Shown here: piece after piece, positions 1 through 8,662 of the stretch
How the letters are laid out: every line of letters starts with the position of its first letter
Position numbering within the stretch: the first letter of the stretch is position 1
From: an uncultured Thermomicrobia bacterium
GTDB lineage: Bacteria; Chloroflexota; Chloroflexia; Thermomicrobiales; JALYUS01
DNA: 64,000 nucleotides
Direction: 5' to 3'
Assembly: GCA_937968015.1 (NCBI GenBank)
Contig: CALBSO010000095.1
Location: 10,302-74,301 of the forward strand
Translations under genes and position numbers: made by a program
The notes under the pieces: generated by a model
What the model was told of the DNA's origin: nothing
Databases searched by the model: none
What the model saw: only the letters and a program-made list of their open reading frames with translations

Positions 1-1
1 G

Positions 2-904
2 GCATACCCCGGCTGGCAGGTGACGGGGACGACGAGGCACGCCGCCGAAGCGGATGCCCGTTTCGTTCCGTGCGATCTCCGCGATGGTGGGGCGGTCGCG
101 GCGCTCATCGAGCGAACGAAACCGGAGACGATCGTTCATCTCGCGGGGCAGAGTAATGTCCCGGCGTCGTTCGCGGATCCGGAGACGACACTCGCGAACA
201 ACATCATTGGCACATTGCACCTGCTCGATGCGTGCCGCACGTACGCGCCACAGGCACGATTGCTGATCGTCAGTTCGAACGAGGTCTATGGCCCGACACC
301 GCCGGAAGCGCAACCGCTGCATGAGGACCGGCCGCTTCGCCCGGTCAATCCCTATGCCGTCAGCAAGGCGGCGCAGGAGATGCTCGCCTTGCAGTACGCG
401 CACTCCTACAACCTCGATGTCGTCGTTGCGCGGCCCTTCAACCATATCGGGCCGGGGCAGACGGATCGCTTCGTTGTCAGCGCCTTCGCGCGGCAGATTG
501 TGGAAGTCGAGCGGGGCGAGCGCCGGACGGTCTCGGTAGGAAATCTCGATACCGTCCGGGACTTCACCGATGTCCGCGATGTCGCGCGCGCGTACGGCCT
601 GCTGCTGGAACGGGGCGAGCGCGGCGGCATCTATAATATCGGGCGGGGAACGGCGGTGATGGTTGGCGATCTGCTCGATATGCTCTGCCGCCTCGCCCCG
701 GTGGCGATCACGATTGAGCGTGACCCGGCGCGCTTGCGGCCATCGGATGCGCCGGTGATGATGGCGGACACGACGCGACTCCGGCAGGCGACCGGCTGGC
801 AGCCGGAAATCTCGCTGAGGCAATCGCTGGATGAGACATTAGCGTGGTGGCGAGCGACCCTCGCCCGGAAAGGGAAGCCCGATGCAACAGGCAACGACAC
901 GTAG
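2..904 (+). CDS. NAD-dependent epimerase/dehydratase family protein (GDP-sugar dehydratase/reductase-like), 5' partial
   Basis: The ORF is open to the window edge. The N-terminal Rossmann GxxGxxG is missing. The extended-SDR core (SSNEVYG, NPYAVSKAA) is present. Confidence 0.75.
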   Translation, partial: AYPGWQVTGTTRHAAEADARFVPCDLRDGGAVAALIERTKPETIVHLAGQSNVPASFADPETTLANNIIGTLHLLDACRTYAPQARLLIVSSNEVYGPTPPEAQPLHEDRPLRPVNPYAVSKAAQEMLALQYAHSYNLDVVVARPFNHIGPGQTDRFVVSAFARQIVEVERGERRTVSVGNLDTVRDFTDVRDVARAYGLLLERGERGGIYNIGRGTAVMVGDLLDMLCRLAPVAITIERDPARLRPSDAPVMMADTTRLRQATGWQPEISLRQSLDETLAWWRATLARKGKPDATGNDT

Positions 905-2690
905 CACCGTGGACCCGGATATTCTCCTGCGCGGCCCGCGACTGGGACCGGCGCTCGCTGTCTCACCGGATGGCGCGCGCATTGCCTTCACCTGGAATCG
1001 GGATGGCCAGTTTCAGCTCTATGTCGTGCCCGTCGCGGGTGGTGAACCACGGCAACTGACGGACGACGCGGACGCCGCGCAGATGCCGGACTGGACGCCG
1101 AATGGGCAGTCCATCCTCTTCCGGCGCGACCGCGATGGCGATGAGAATACCAACCTGCTCCTCATCCCCGTTGCCGGTGGCTCGCCGCACCATGTGACGG
1201 AGAACGGCACGACCGTGGACGGCTCGCCCTCCTTCACGCCAGATGGGCGCACCGTCGTCTTCGGATCGAACCCGGACGGACCGTATCACATCTACCGGGT
1301 CAGTGTGGATGGTGGCCGGCCGCAGCAGTTGACGCATGGCGAGCATTCCGAACTGGCCGTGAAAGTCTCGCCCGACGGGAGGCGTGCGGTCTTCACCCGT
1401 CGTATACCGGCTGGGGCGCGGATGCGCGCGGAACTCGGTATCCTCGATCTTGCCAGCGGCAACGAGCGCATCCTCGGCACCTTCGGCGTCCATTTCGCGG
1501 ATCCCGACTGGTCACCGGATGGACAGGCCGTGCTCTTCTCGGACGATGCCAGCGGGTTCCAGCAAGTGATTCTGGTGGACGCGGAGAGCGGGGCGGTGAC
1601 GCCGCTCTCACCGCCGACGCACGATACGACCCTCGGTTCGTTCTCCCACGATGGCCGGTCTGTCGTCTATCTGGAGAATCGGGATGGGAATCTCATTCCC
1701 GTTGTGCAAGAGATCGCGACCGGCATGCGGCGCGATGTGGCTGTTTTCCCGGACGGTGTGCATGCGAACCCGACACTGACCCCGGACGGTACGACACTCG
1801 TCTGCATCTACAGCGGGCCACGACACCCCGCCGATCTCTGGGCGATCCCGCTCGATGGCGGCGCACCCCGGCAGTTGACCGAAAGCCTGCCGGAAGGGAT
1901 TGATCGCGACGCGCTCGTGCGGCCTGAACTGGTGCGATACCCATCGTCGGACGGCCTGATTATCCCGGCATGGTTCTACCGACCGCGCGGCGTCGAACGG
2001 CCACCGGCAATTGTCCTCGTGCATGGCGGCCCAACGGGGCAAACGATGAATAGTTGGAATGTGCAGGTGCAGTTCTTCGTCTCGCGCGGCTACGCGGTGC
2101 TCGCGCCGAACAACCGGGGCAGCACAGGCTACGGACGGGAGTTCCGCGATGCCAACCTGCGCGATTGGGGCGGCGGCGACCTCCGTGATCTCGTCGCGGG
2201 CCACGACTGGCTGGTGGAGCATGGCGGGGCGGATCCGGCGCGGATCGGCGTGACGGGCGGCTCGTATGGCGGCTACATGACATTGATCGCGATGACAAAG
2301 ACGCCCGCAGTCTGGTCCGCGGGCGTCTCGGTTGTCGGCATGTCGAACCTCCGCACGCTCTACCAGACGACGCGGAAGGGCGATCTACTCCCCTACCTGA
2401 TCCAGCAGATCGGCACGCCGGACGAAAGCCCGGACCTCTATCATCATCGCTCGGCGATCAACTTCATCGAGGATGTGCAGCGGCCGCTCTTAATCCTCCA
2501 GGGCGGGCGCGACCCGCGCGTGCCGCTTGCCGAGGCGGAGCAGATGCGCGACCGCATGCGCGCAACCGGCAAGACAGTTGGCTATCATGTCTACATGGAT
2601 GAGGGCCACGGTTTCCGCAAAATCGAGAACGTCGTGGACGCGATGCATCGCACGATTGGGTTTTTCGAGGAGCATATGGCAACGGGGTAG
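882..2690 (+). CDS. S9 prolyl oligopeptidase-family serine peptidase with N-terminal TolB-like beta-propeller
   Basis: N-terminal half has repeated SPDG/TPDG propeller motifs. C-terminal half has VTGGSYGGYM (GxSxGG nucleophile elbow) and an alpha/beta hydrolase fold. Its start overlaps the upstream gene's end. Confidence 0.85.
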   Translation: MQQATTRSTVDPDILLRGPRLGPALAVSPDGARIAFTWNRDGQFQLYVVPVAGGEPRQLTDDADAAQMPDWTPNGQSILFRRDRDGDENTNLLLIPVAGGSPHHVTENGTTVDGSPSFTPDGRTVVFGSNPDGPYHIYRVSVDGGRPQQLTHGEHSELAVKVSPDGRRAVFTRRIPAGARMRAELGILDLASGNERILGTFGVHFADPDWSPDGQAVLFSDDASGFQQVILVDAESGAVTPLSPPTHDTTLGSFSHDGRSVVYLENRDGNLIPVVQEIATGMRRDVAVFPDGVHANPTLTPDGTTLVCIYSGPRHPADLWAIPLDGGAPRQLTESLPEGIDRDALVRPELVRYPSSDGLIIPAWFYRPRGVERPPAIVLVHGGPTGQTMNSWNVQVQFFVSRGYAVLAPNNRGSTGYGREFRDANLRDWGGGDLRDLVAGHDWLVEHGGADPARIGVTGGSYGGYMTLIAMTKTPAVWSAGVSVVGMSNLRTLYQTTRKGDLLPYLIQQIGTPDESPDLYHHRSAINFIEDVQRPLLILQGGRDPRVPLAEAEQMRDRMRATGKTVGYHVYMDEGHGFRKIENVVDAMHRTIGFFEEHMATG

Positions 2691-2713
2691 GAGGCAGGGG
2701 AAGGGGCAATTCC

Positions 2714-3520
2714 TTGACCCGCATTGAAAGCGCCGCGAACCCGCTAATCAAACGCATCCGCGCGCTGGAGCAGCGCAAGGGGCGCGAGCAGGAGGGTGCG
2801 TGCTTCGTCGAGGGTATCCAACCCGTCTGGCAGGCGGTGGATGCCGACGCGGAAATCGAAACGCTCGTTGTTGCCCCCGATCTGCTGACGAGCACGGCGG
2901 CGCGGGAGATGGTCGCGCGGCAGCAGGTGGCGGGCATGCCGGTCGCGGAGGTGTCCACCGCCGTCTTCGAGCGGATCGCGACGCGGGAAAACCCATCCGG
3001 GCTGGCCGCAATCGTCCGCATCGCGTCCCACAGCCTCGAATCGCTCTCCGTTACTTCGCAATCACTCTTCGTCGCCCTCCATGAAATCGGCAATCCGGGC
3101 AACCTCGGTACGATCCTCCGCACGGTGGATGCGGTGGGCGGCAATGGCGTCATTCTCGTTGGCGAGGGGACAGACCCCTACCACCCGAACGCGGTACGGG
3201 CGAGCGTGGGCACCCTTTTTCGCCTCCCGCTCGTGCCAGTGCGCCGGATTGAGGATGTCTTTGAATGGAGCCGGGCGAATGGCATCAGTGTCGTCACGAC
3301 GTCCGCACGGGCGTCACAGGAATATTGGCAGGCTGCCTATCCATCGCCGCTGCTGCTCCTATTCGGCAATGAAGGGCGCGGATTATCGCGGGAGATCGTC
3401 GAACAGGGCGACCTCGCGGTACGGATTCCGATGCACGGTAGCGCGAGTTCGCTCAACCTCGCGGTCGCGGCGAGCGTGTTGCTGTACGAAGCGCTGCGGC
3501 AACGACAATCAGATCGGTAG
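2714..3520 (+). CDS. TrmH/SpoU-family RNA 2'-O-methyltransferase
   Basis: SpoU motifs are present (GNPGNLGTILRT, LLLFGNEGRGLS, SLNLAVAASVLLYE). TTG start. Confidence 0.8.
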   Translation: MTRIESAANPLIKRIRALEQRKGREQEGACFVEGIQPVWQAVDADAEIETLVVAPDLLTSTAAREMVARQQVAGMPVAEVSTAVFERIATRENPSGLAAIVRIASHSLESLSVTSQSLFVALHEIGNPGNLGTILRTVDAVGGNGVILVGEGTDPYHPNAVRASVGTLFRLPLVPVRRIEDVFEWSRANGISVVTTSARASQEYWQAAYPSPLLLLFGNEGRGLSREIVEQGDLAVRIPMHGSASSLNLAVAASVLLYEALRQRQSDR

Positions 3521-3543
3521 CGCAGGCTTTTGCCCGCGCTACC
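3516..3543 (+). terminator. Stem-loop GGTAGCGCAGGCTTTTGCCCGCGCTACC overlapping the trmH stop codon
   Basis: 11-bp stem with one A:C mismatch. It shares a 15-nt arm (GGTAGCGCAGGCTTT) with the hairpin after guaB at 58184. Confidence 0.5.
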
Positions 3544-3547
3544 ACCG

Positions 3548-3739
3548 CTATCCGCTCTGTTGCCATTCCTGGCGGGAGCGGAGGAAGAGCCGCCACCCCG
3601 CAAAGAGCGTGAAGAGAAAGAGCGGAACGGAAACGAACGCTCGCCAGTCGCCCAGACGCACGAGATAAATGGACGGGACACCGAAGATCCAGAGCATGTT
3701 TGCCCAGAGTATCCAGAGCAGAACGAACAGGTGCTTCAT
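3548..3739 (-). CDS. Small two-helix membrane protein (PLDc_N-like?)
   Basis: 63 aa with two hydrophobic helices (LFVLLWILWANMLWIFGV, VSVPLFLFTLFAGW). No strong homology recognised. Confidence 0.4.
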   Translation of the reverse strand: MKHLFVLLWILWANMLWIFGVPSIYLVRLGDWRAFVSVPLFLFTLFAGWRLFLRSRQEWQQSG

Positions 3740-3855
3740 CGCGCGTGATGCCTTCCTCTTGGCGGATCGTTCTATCGGCGTCCAATAAGACGCCGCCCTC
3801 CGTCAGTATACCGTGCGAGGAAATCCATGCCATGCTCTTGCTCTGACATCACTAT

Positions 3856-5841
3856 TCATCGCGCATCGCCGATGCCGTCCACGGCGTCGGGATTTTCGAG
3901 GGCGGTGATGTCGCCGAGTGGCAGGTTGAGATAGCGTGCTCGGATAACACGGCGCATCACTTTCGCATTGCGCGTCTTCGGCAGATCGCCGACGAACTTG
4001 ACCGCCTCCGGCTTGAGCGATTTGCCGAGTTGGTCGGTGATCGTGGATTCGATTGCTGCGCGGAGCGGTTCGCTCGGTTCGTGCCCCGGCCGGAGGACGA
4101 CGAAGGCGACGATCGTCTCACCCTTGATGTCGTGCGGGATGCTGATCGCTGCTGCCTCCTGCACCGCCGGGTGAGAGACCGCCGCCGACTCGATCTCCGC
4201 CGGGCCGACGCGCTTGCCCGCGACTTTAATCGTGTCGTCCGAGCGACCGAGGATGTACCAGAAGCCGTCCGCGTCAATGCGCGCGAAGTCGCCATGCACC
4301 CAGAGGCCAGGCATACGCGACCAATATGTCTCTTCGTACCGCTGCGTGTCCTGCCAGAAGCCGCGTGTCATCCCCGGCCACGCGCCGCGCAGCACAAGTT
4401 CGCCGACCGCGCCGCGCACCGGATTACCGGCATCGTCCACGACATCCACCGCCATTCCCGGCACTGGCGCGGAGAAGCAGGTTGGCTTGAGAGGAAGGAT
4501 GGTGAAACTGCTGAGGATGCCGCCGGAGATCTCCGTGCCGCCGGAGTAGTTGATGATCGGGCAACGGCCGCCGCCGATCGTATCGAAGAACCATTGCCAT
4601 GGCCCTGGGTTCCACGCCTCGCCGCTGGAACCGAGCACCCGGAGGGAAGAGAGATCGTGTTTTCGCGGCCACTCGTCTCCCTTCGCCATCAGCGCGCGGA
4701 CGACGGTTGGTGCGACTCCGCAAACGGTGATCCGGTACTTCTCGATCAGCGACCAGAGGCGATCCGGCTCCGGCCAGTCCGGCGTACCCTCGAAGAGGAC
4801 GAGCGTCGCGCCGAGGGTCAGCGTGCCGGTGATTGCCCACGGGCCCATCATCCAGCCGAGGTCCGTGAACCAGAGCAGCGTGTCGTCTTCCTGCACATCG
4901 AAGCAGTGCGCGAGGTCCTGCGTCGCCTTGATCGGGAAGCCATCGTGCGTGTGCAAGGCGCCCTTCGGCCTGCCGGTCGTGCCGGAGGTATAGATAATCA
5001 TGTACGGGTCCTCGGCGTCTGTCCGCTCCGTCTCCCGCTCCGGCGACTGCCGCGGAACGATCTCGTGCCACCAATGGTCACGGCCCGGCGTGAACGGAAC
5101 CTCGCTACCCGTCCGTGGGAAGACGATCACCGATTCCACTGTATCCACGCCGGCGATCGCCGCATCCGCTGTCTCCTTGAGCGGCACGATTTTGCCCCGG
5201 CGATAGAAACCATCCACGGTAATCAGCGCTTTCGCGCCCGCGTCCTTGAGTCGCGTCGCGACGGATTCCGCGCCGTAGCCGGAGAAGATCGGGATGTAGA
5301 TCGCACCGAGTTTCGAGACAGCAAAGGTCGCGATCGCCGTCTCTGGCAGCATCGGCATGAAGATGCCGACGCGGTCGCCCTTGCCGACGCCAAGCGCCGC
5401 GAGCGTGCCCGCCAGTTGATTGGTTTGCTCCCAGAGTGCGTGGTAGGTTAGGTGGCGGGTCGCGCCGTCGTCGCCCTCCCAGATCACCGCGGTTTTCGCG
5501 GCATGTGCGCCGGTCGCGTGCTTATCGAGCGCGTTATGGACGTAGTTGTACTGCCCGCCGGGGAACCACGTCGCCCACGGAACGCCACGCGACAGGTCCA
5601 CCACGGCGTCGTATGGGCGGTAGAATTGGAGATCGAGATCCTTCACCGTCGCATCCCAGAACCATGACACATCATCCGCCGCGCGCATCAGGAGTTCTTC
5701 AAACGATGCGATGCCCTCGCGCGCCATGAAACGGCACAACCGGCTCTGCTTCAAATACGCGTCGCTTGGACGCCAGACGATCTCGGCGTCGCCGGAATCG
5801 TGTCCGACCGGCATCGCGCCCGCCACTTCGCTTCGCGCCAT
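3856..5841 (-). CDS. AMP-forming acetyl/acyl-CoA synthetase family protein
   Basis: AMP-binding signature IIYTSGTTGRPKG; ACS-like N-terminus. Start chosen at MARSEV (5841) because a GGAGGAAAAG RBS precedes it. Confidence 0.9.
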   Translation of the reverse strand: MARSEVAGAMPVGHDSGDAEIVWRPSDAYLKQSRLCRFMAREGIASFEELLMRAADDVSWFWDATVKDLDLQFYRPYDAVVDLSRGVPWATWFPGGQYNYVHNALDKHATGAHAAKTAVIWEGDDGATRHLTYHALWEQTNQLAGTLAALGVGKGDRVGIFMPMLPETAIATFAVSKLGAIYIPIFSGYGAESVATRLKDAGAKALITVDGFYRRGKIVPLKETADAAIAGVDTVESVIVFPRTGSEVPFTPGRDHWWHEIVPRQSPERETERTDAEDPYMIIYTSGTTGRPKGALHTHDGFPIKATQDLAHCFDVQEDDTLLWFTDLGWMMGPWAITGTLTLGATLVLFEGTPDWPEPDRLWSLIEKYRITVCGVAPTVVRALMAKGDEWPRKHDLSSLRVLGSSGEAWNPGPWQWFFDTIGGGRCPIINYSGGTEISGGILSSFTILPLKPTCFSAPVPGMAVDVVDDAGNPVRGAVGELVLRGAWPGMTRGFWQDTQRYEETYWSRMPGLWVHGDFARIDADGFWYILGRSDDTIKVAGKRVGPAEIESAAVSHPAVQEAAAISIPHDIKGETIVAFVVLRPGHEPSEPLRAAIESTITDQLGKSLKPEAVKFVGDLPKTRNAKVMRRVIRARYLNLPLGDITALENPDAVDGIGDAR

Positions 5842-6001
5842 CTTTTCCTCCTTCGCATCGCGCCCGGAATGCGCAGGGTTGCTCGCTCTTTGCGGTATCA
5901 TCGCACCGTTCGTCAATGATCGCGACGATGCCTGCGCTCAGTCTTGGGGAGGCTCAAGCCGGGAAGATACTCGCCCGCGTCATCCGTGGCTTTGCACAGA
6001 C

Positions 6002-6039
6002 GGACATCGGCCTTGAGATGATGCTTAAGGCCGATGTCC
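6002..6039. repeat. Perfect 13-bp intergenic hairpin (GGACATCGGCCTT / AAGGCCGATGTCC)
   Basis: Inverted repeat read directly in the sequence, between the small gene at 6121 and acs. No T-tract follows it. Confidence 0.6.
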
Positions 6040-6120
6040 GCGGTCTGCGTGATAGGCGCTTCTCACAGAGCATGCGCGCCCGTACGCGCCATCTCCGGCA
6101 GGGAGTGACACGCCACTCGT

Positions 6121-6432
6121 CTACCGGTATTTCTGTGCCACCTGACTGAGGGACGGGCCTGCCTGCTGCATGTCCTCCGGTGTCAGTACCGGCACAATCT
6201 CCACCGACGCATTGAACGCGAGCCAGAGCGGCTCTGCCACACGAGGGATGTCCGCACCTGTCTCCAGAGTGCAAATCGCGTAGATCGAGCGCTGACCATT
6301 GGCCGCCGCGAAGTACACGGCTTCCGGCCGCAGATCCTCCAGGACCGTCTGAATTCGCTGTGCCATGTTCGGGTCGCGCACGAGCGCATTGCCCGACTCA
6401 TTCGTCAGCGTGGCATGAACAAGACACCGCAT
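6121..6432 (-). CDS. Hypothetical small protein, last gene of the ABC operon
   Basis: Start at MRCLVH is preceded by a GGAGGAAAACG RBS. No family recognised. Confidence 0.5.
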   Translation of the reverse strand: MRCLVHATLTNESGNALVRDPNMAQRIQTVLEDLRPEAVYFAAANGQRSIYAICTLETGADIPRVAEPLWLAFNASVEIVPVLTPEDMQQAGPSLSQVAQKYR

Positions 6433-6594
6433 CGTTTTCCTCCTTCGCAGCGCAGGCCGCCGAAATTCGTCACCACACCGATGACAATAGATGAAACGCA
6501 GGCGGAGCAAGAACGGATGTCTGTCGAGCGTATCTCAACGGGTAGGCCCAAACAGGTCAAGGAACAGAGAGTGGGGCCTGGCTCTCGCTGGCTA

Positions 6595-7527
6595 CTATCC
6601 AATGTTCATGCGTGGGTCGAGCGCGTCGCGGAGGCCGTCGCCGATGAAGTTGCAGGCGAGCACAGTCAGGACGATGGCGACACCCGCCGGGACCCAGAGC
6701 CACGGCTGCTGTTCGAGTACTTGTAGGTTGCTGGCAACATTGATCATGTTGCCCCAACTGGCAGTCGGCGGCTGCACGCCGAGGCCGAGGAAGGAGAGTC
6801 CGGCCTCCAATAAGATCGCGTTGACGACGCCGAAACTCGCATAGACCACGAGCACATCCACCGTGTTCGGAAAGGCATGGACGGCGATCATCCGCGGCGC
6901 GGACGCGCCCATCGCGCGGGCGGCAACGAGAAACTCCTGCTCTCGGAGCGACAGGAACTTCGCGCGCACGAGGCGGCACGGTACCGGCCAGTTCAAGAGG
7001 CCGATGATTAGCAGTGTCTTGATGATGCCCGGCCCGGTGAGAGCGACGATGGTCAGGATGATGATGATCGCCGGGAAGGTCATCACGACATCCGTGAAGC
7101 GCATGATGACGCCGTCCACCCACTTCCCGAAAAATCCGGCAAGCGCACCGAGCAATGCCCCGACGACAATCGAAATTATCGCTGCCGCGAAGCCAATGGA
7201 GAGCGAGACGCGCCCGGCATAGAGTGTGCGCGCGAAGGTATCCCGCCCCGTCCGGTCGGTGCCGAACCAGTGCCTGCCGGTCGGGCCTTGATTGCGTCCG
7301 AGGAGGTCTACGGTGTTCGGGCCGGAGCGTGCGACAATCGGCGCGAAGATCGCGAGGAGGATGAAGAGGATGACGACCACCAGGCCGACGACGGCCAGCC
7401 GATGACGCCGGAACCGACGCAGCGCCTGACGCGTTGGCGTCAGCACCGTCGCCTGGCGTGCCGTGAGCGGTTCTGGGGTTGTCGGCGCAAGTGCGCGGGC
7501 GTCAGATTTGACCACGCTATTATCCAT
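6595..7527 (-). CDS. ABC transporter permease (DppC/OppC type)
   Basis: Multiple TM helices. C-terminal peptide-permease signature (GVQPPTASWGNM ... DGLRDALDPR). Confidence 0.9.
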   Translation of the reverse strand: MDNSVVKSDARALAPTTPEPLTARQATVLTPTRQALRRFRRHRLAVVGLVVVILFILLAIFAPIVARSGPNTVDLLGRNQGPTGRHWFGTDRTGRDTFARTLYAGRVSLSIGFAAAIISIVVGALLGALAGFFGKWVDGVIMRFTDVVMTFPAIIIILTIVALTGPGIIKTLLIIGLLNWPVPCRLVRAKFLSLREQEFLVAARAMGASAPRMIAVHAFPNTVDVLVVYASFGVVNAILLEAGLSFLGLGVQPPTASWGNMINVASNLQVLEQQPWLWVPAGVAIVLTVLACNFIGDGLRDALDPRMNIG

Positions 7528-7542
7528 CGCGTCCTTTATCCT

Positions 7543-7599
7543 GGTGGGGGCAGGCTTCAGCTTGCTGTAAAGTTCGGCAGGCTGAAGCCCGCCCCCACC
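7543..7599. repeat. 19-bp-stem hairpin between the two permease genes
   Basis: GGTGGGGGCAGGCTTCAGC-(19 nt)-GCTGAAGCCCGCCCCCACC with one mismatch. It is intercistronic within the operon. Confidence 0.7.
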
Positions 7600-7605
7600 A
7601 CTCTC

Positions 7606-8607
7606 TTAGCCGTAGCGAATCCGTGGATCAATGAAGGCGTACGTCAGGTCCGTCAGCAGATTGGCGATGAGGATGACAGTGGCGATGATGAAAGTCATGC
7701 CCATGATGAGCGGGTAGTCGCGTCCGGCGATGGCATCGAGATAGAGCGTGCCCATCCCCGGCCATGAGAAGATGGATTCGAGGAAGACCGCACCGCCGAC
7801 CAACGCGGGGATGGTGGCGCCGACGACCGTGACGATCGGGATCAGGGCATTCCGCAGCGCATGGCTGCCGACCGTGACGCGCTGAGAAAGCCCCTTCGCC
7901 TGCGCCGTGCGAATGTAATCCTGTGAGAGGACGCCGAGCATCGCCGAGCGGGTGTAGCGCATGATGCTCGAAACCTGAAAGAGCGAGAGCATGAGCGCGG
8001 GCAGGATAAGATGGTCGAGATGATCCCAAAAAGAATACGGCACGCCCGGCGTCGCCAGCCCCCCGGCGGGGAACCAGCCGAGCCGGAGCGAGAAGATGTA
8101 TAACCCGAGCAGACCCGCGAAGAAGGCAGGAGTGGACGCACCGAGAAAGGCGAAGATCGTCAGGACGAAATCGAGGACGGAGTACTGCTTGACGGCGGAG
8201 ACGACGCCGAGCACGATGCCGACGACGATGCCAATGGCCAGCCCGCTCCCCATCAGCGAGAGTGTCGGCCCGATCCGCTGCTTGATGACCGTTCCGACTG
8301 GTTCGCCTGTCTTGATGCGGTTGCCGAGGTTGCCCTTCGCCACTTCGCGCAGCCAGAAGAGGTAGCGGATCGGCGCGGGCCGATCCAGCCCAAGATCATG
8401 GCGGATGGCGTTCCGCTGCTCGATGCTCAGGATGACATCCGGCGACAGATAGGCGTCCAGCGGATCGCCCGGCGTCAGTTGAAGCATCCCGAAGATGATC
8501 GCGGTGATCGCGATCAGGATTGGGATCGTGATGAGCAATCTTCTTTGGATATACCGACCCAACGTATCGCTCCACTCCTTGCGCAATGAGGGATGAGCAA
8601 TGCGCAA
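7606..8607 (-). CDS. ABC transporter permease (DppB/OppB type); start uncertain
   Basis: N-terminal RYIQRRLL motif, six TM helices, BPD_transp_1-like core. The annotated TTG start lies inside the heptamer hairpin at 8581-8662, so the true start may be downstream. Confidence 0.85.
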   Translation of the reverse strand: MRIAHPSLRKEWSDTLGRYIQRRLLITIPILIAITAIIFGMLQLTPGDPLDAYLSPDVILSIEQRNAIRHDLGLDRPAPIRYLFWLREVAKGNLGNRIKTGEPVGTVIKQRIGPTLSLMGSGLAIGIVVGIVLGVVSAVKQYSVLDFVLTIFAFLGASTPAFFAGLLGLYIFSLRLGWFPAGGLATPGVPYSFWDHLDHLILPALMLSLFQVSSIMRYTRSAMLGVLSQDYIRTAQAKGLSQRVTVGSHALRNALIPIVTVVGATIPALVGGAVFLESIFSWPGMGTLYLDAIAGRDYPLIMGMTFIIATVILIANLLTDLTYAFIDPRIRYG

Positions 8608-8662
8608 TGAGGTCAGCGATCCTCACTCATTGCCCATTGCTCGTTGCTCGTTGCTCGTTGCT
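8581..8662. repeat. Imperfect hairpin built from tandem heptamers (GCAATGA-type arm / CGTTGCT x3 arm)
   Basis: One arm is ...GAGCAATGCGCAATGAGG. The other is CCTCACTCATTGCCCATTGCTCGTTGCTCGTTGCTCGTTGC. It lies between the substrate-binding protein (SBP) gene stop and the permease start. Confidence 0.6.

Noticed and set aside
20-22. GTG at position 20 as the start of the first gene
   Set aside because: The reading frame is open to the window edge and the N-terminal Rossmann motif is absent, so the gene is 5'-truncated by the window.
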